Below, piece by piece: positions 63,614-64,000 of a stretch of DNA of 64,000 nt. The position numbers were made by a program, and so were the translations under genes. Every line of letters starts with the position of its first letter. Within the stretch, counting starts at the first letter, position 1. Below the pieces are notes generated by a model. It made no database searches, had not been told where the DNA came from, and saw only the letters and a program-made list of their open reading frames with translations. The DNA is from Azolla caroliniana (Eukaryota; Plantae; Polypodiophyta), in contig JBHGNT010000003.1 of assembly GCA_043228905.1 (NCBI GenBank), positions 10,664,001-10,728,000 on the forward strand, given 5' to 3'.

Positions 63614-64000
63614 CCATGCATGTGTTCAGTGGCATGACAACGGGACTTCAAAGCTGTTGTGACTGACAGTGATTGCCCTATGCTATGAAATATGACTATC
63701 CTCCACAAGGGGGCCAATGTCAGTTCTGCGAAATCCTTTACCATTTTCTCGATCTGAGGGTACTTGAAAGGCACATCATCATATGTTGATCCCGCAATAC
63801 GGAAACCATATGGTATGTCAGCTATCAGCAAAGTGTAGTGCCTTCTCAGTAACAATTCGAGCATCTGGGATACTTCGCCATTGAAAACACTATAATGAAG
63901 TTGTTTGAAAGGATCGGACCTATGCAAAAAACTCTTTACAGTCTCTGAATCCTCGGGCGGTTCCATTTCCTTCCCTTTGGTCATTCTCTTCTCATATTTC
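63614..64000 (-). CDS. Beta-class N6-adenine/N4-cytosine DNA methyltransferase, exon with catalytic motif IV (5' end outside the window)
   Basis: Frame open to the window edge (KYEKRMTKGK...); LLIADIPYG with DIPY at 63808-63819; donor GTGCGT at 63613. Confidence 0.8.

Larger units (their letters stand above)
62034..64000 (-). mobile_element. Putative unclassified DNA element carrying a methyltransferase gene; runs off the window
   Basis: Sharp junction from copia into CCGGGTCATTTGAAACAGGTAATATGTCG, a motif also at 22871 and 52783. An AT-rich ~760-bp spacer precedes the MTase gene end. Confidence 0.55.

Overview
Eukaryotic plant nuclear DNA, most likely a fern or other seed-free plant. This is inferred from GT-AG introns, Tcn1-like chromoviruses, the retroelement lineages present and pervasive CpG/CHG-type C>T decay. 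The first ~7 kb is host sequence: the last three exons of a folate-receptor-family gene, a tRNA-Gly(CCC) gene and a tiny two-piece 16S rRNA mosaic. The remaining ~56 kb is a deeply nested transposon cluster. It holds several Ty1/copia remnants and solo LTRs, two near-complete Ty3/gypsy elements (one inside the other's LTR), chromovirus fragments, a pogo/Tigger DNA transposon carrying a ~113-bp satellite, a hairpin-repeat array and a 2.3-kb organelle-like island. The most notable signal is at the right edge: a spliced, bacterial-type beta-class amino (N6-adenine/N4-cytosine) DNA methyltransferase gene (DIPY ... QKP ... DLFSGTGTT) on the minus strand. It points at a sharp terminus (CCGGG[A/T]CATTTGAAACAGGTAAT) that occurs three times in this window at breakpoints of unrelated retroelements, suggesting an unclassified mobile element family that carries its own DNA methylase. 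All calls are from manual reading; no database searches were run.
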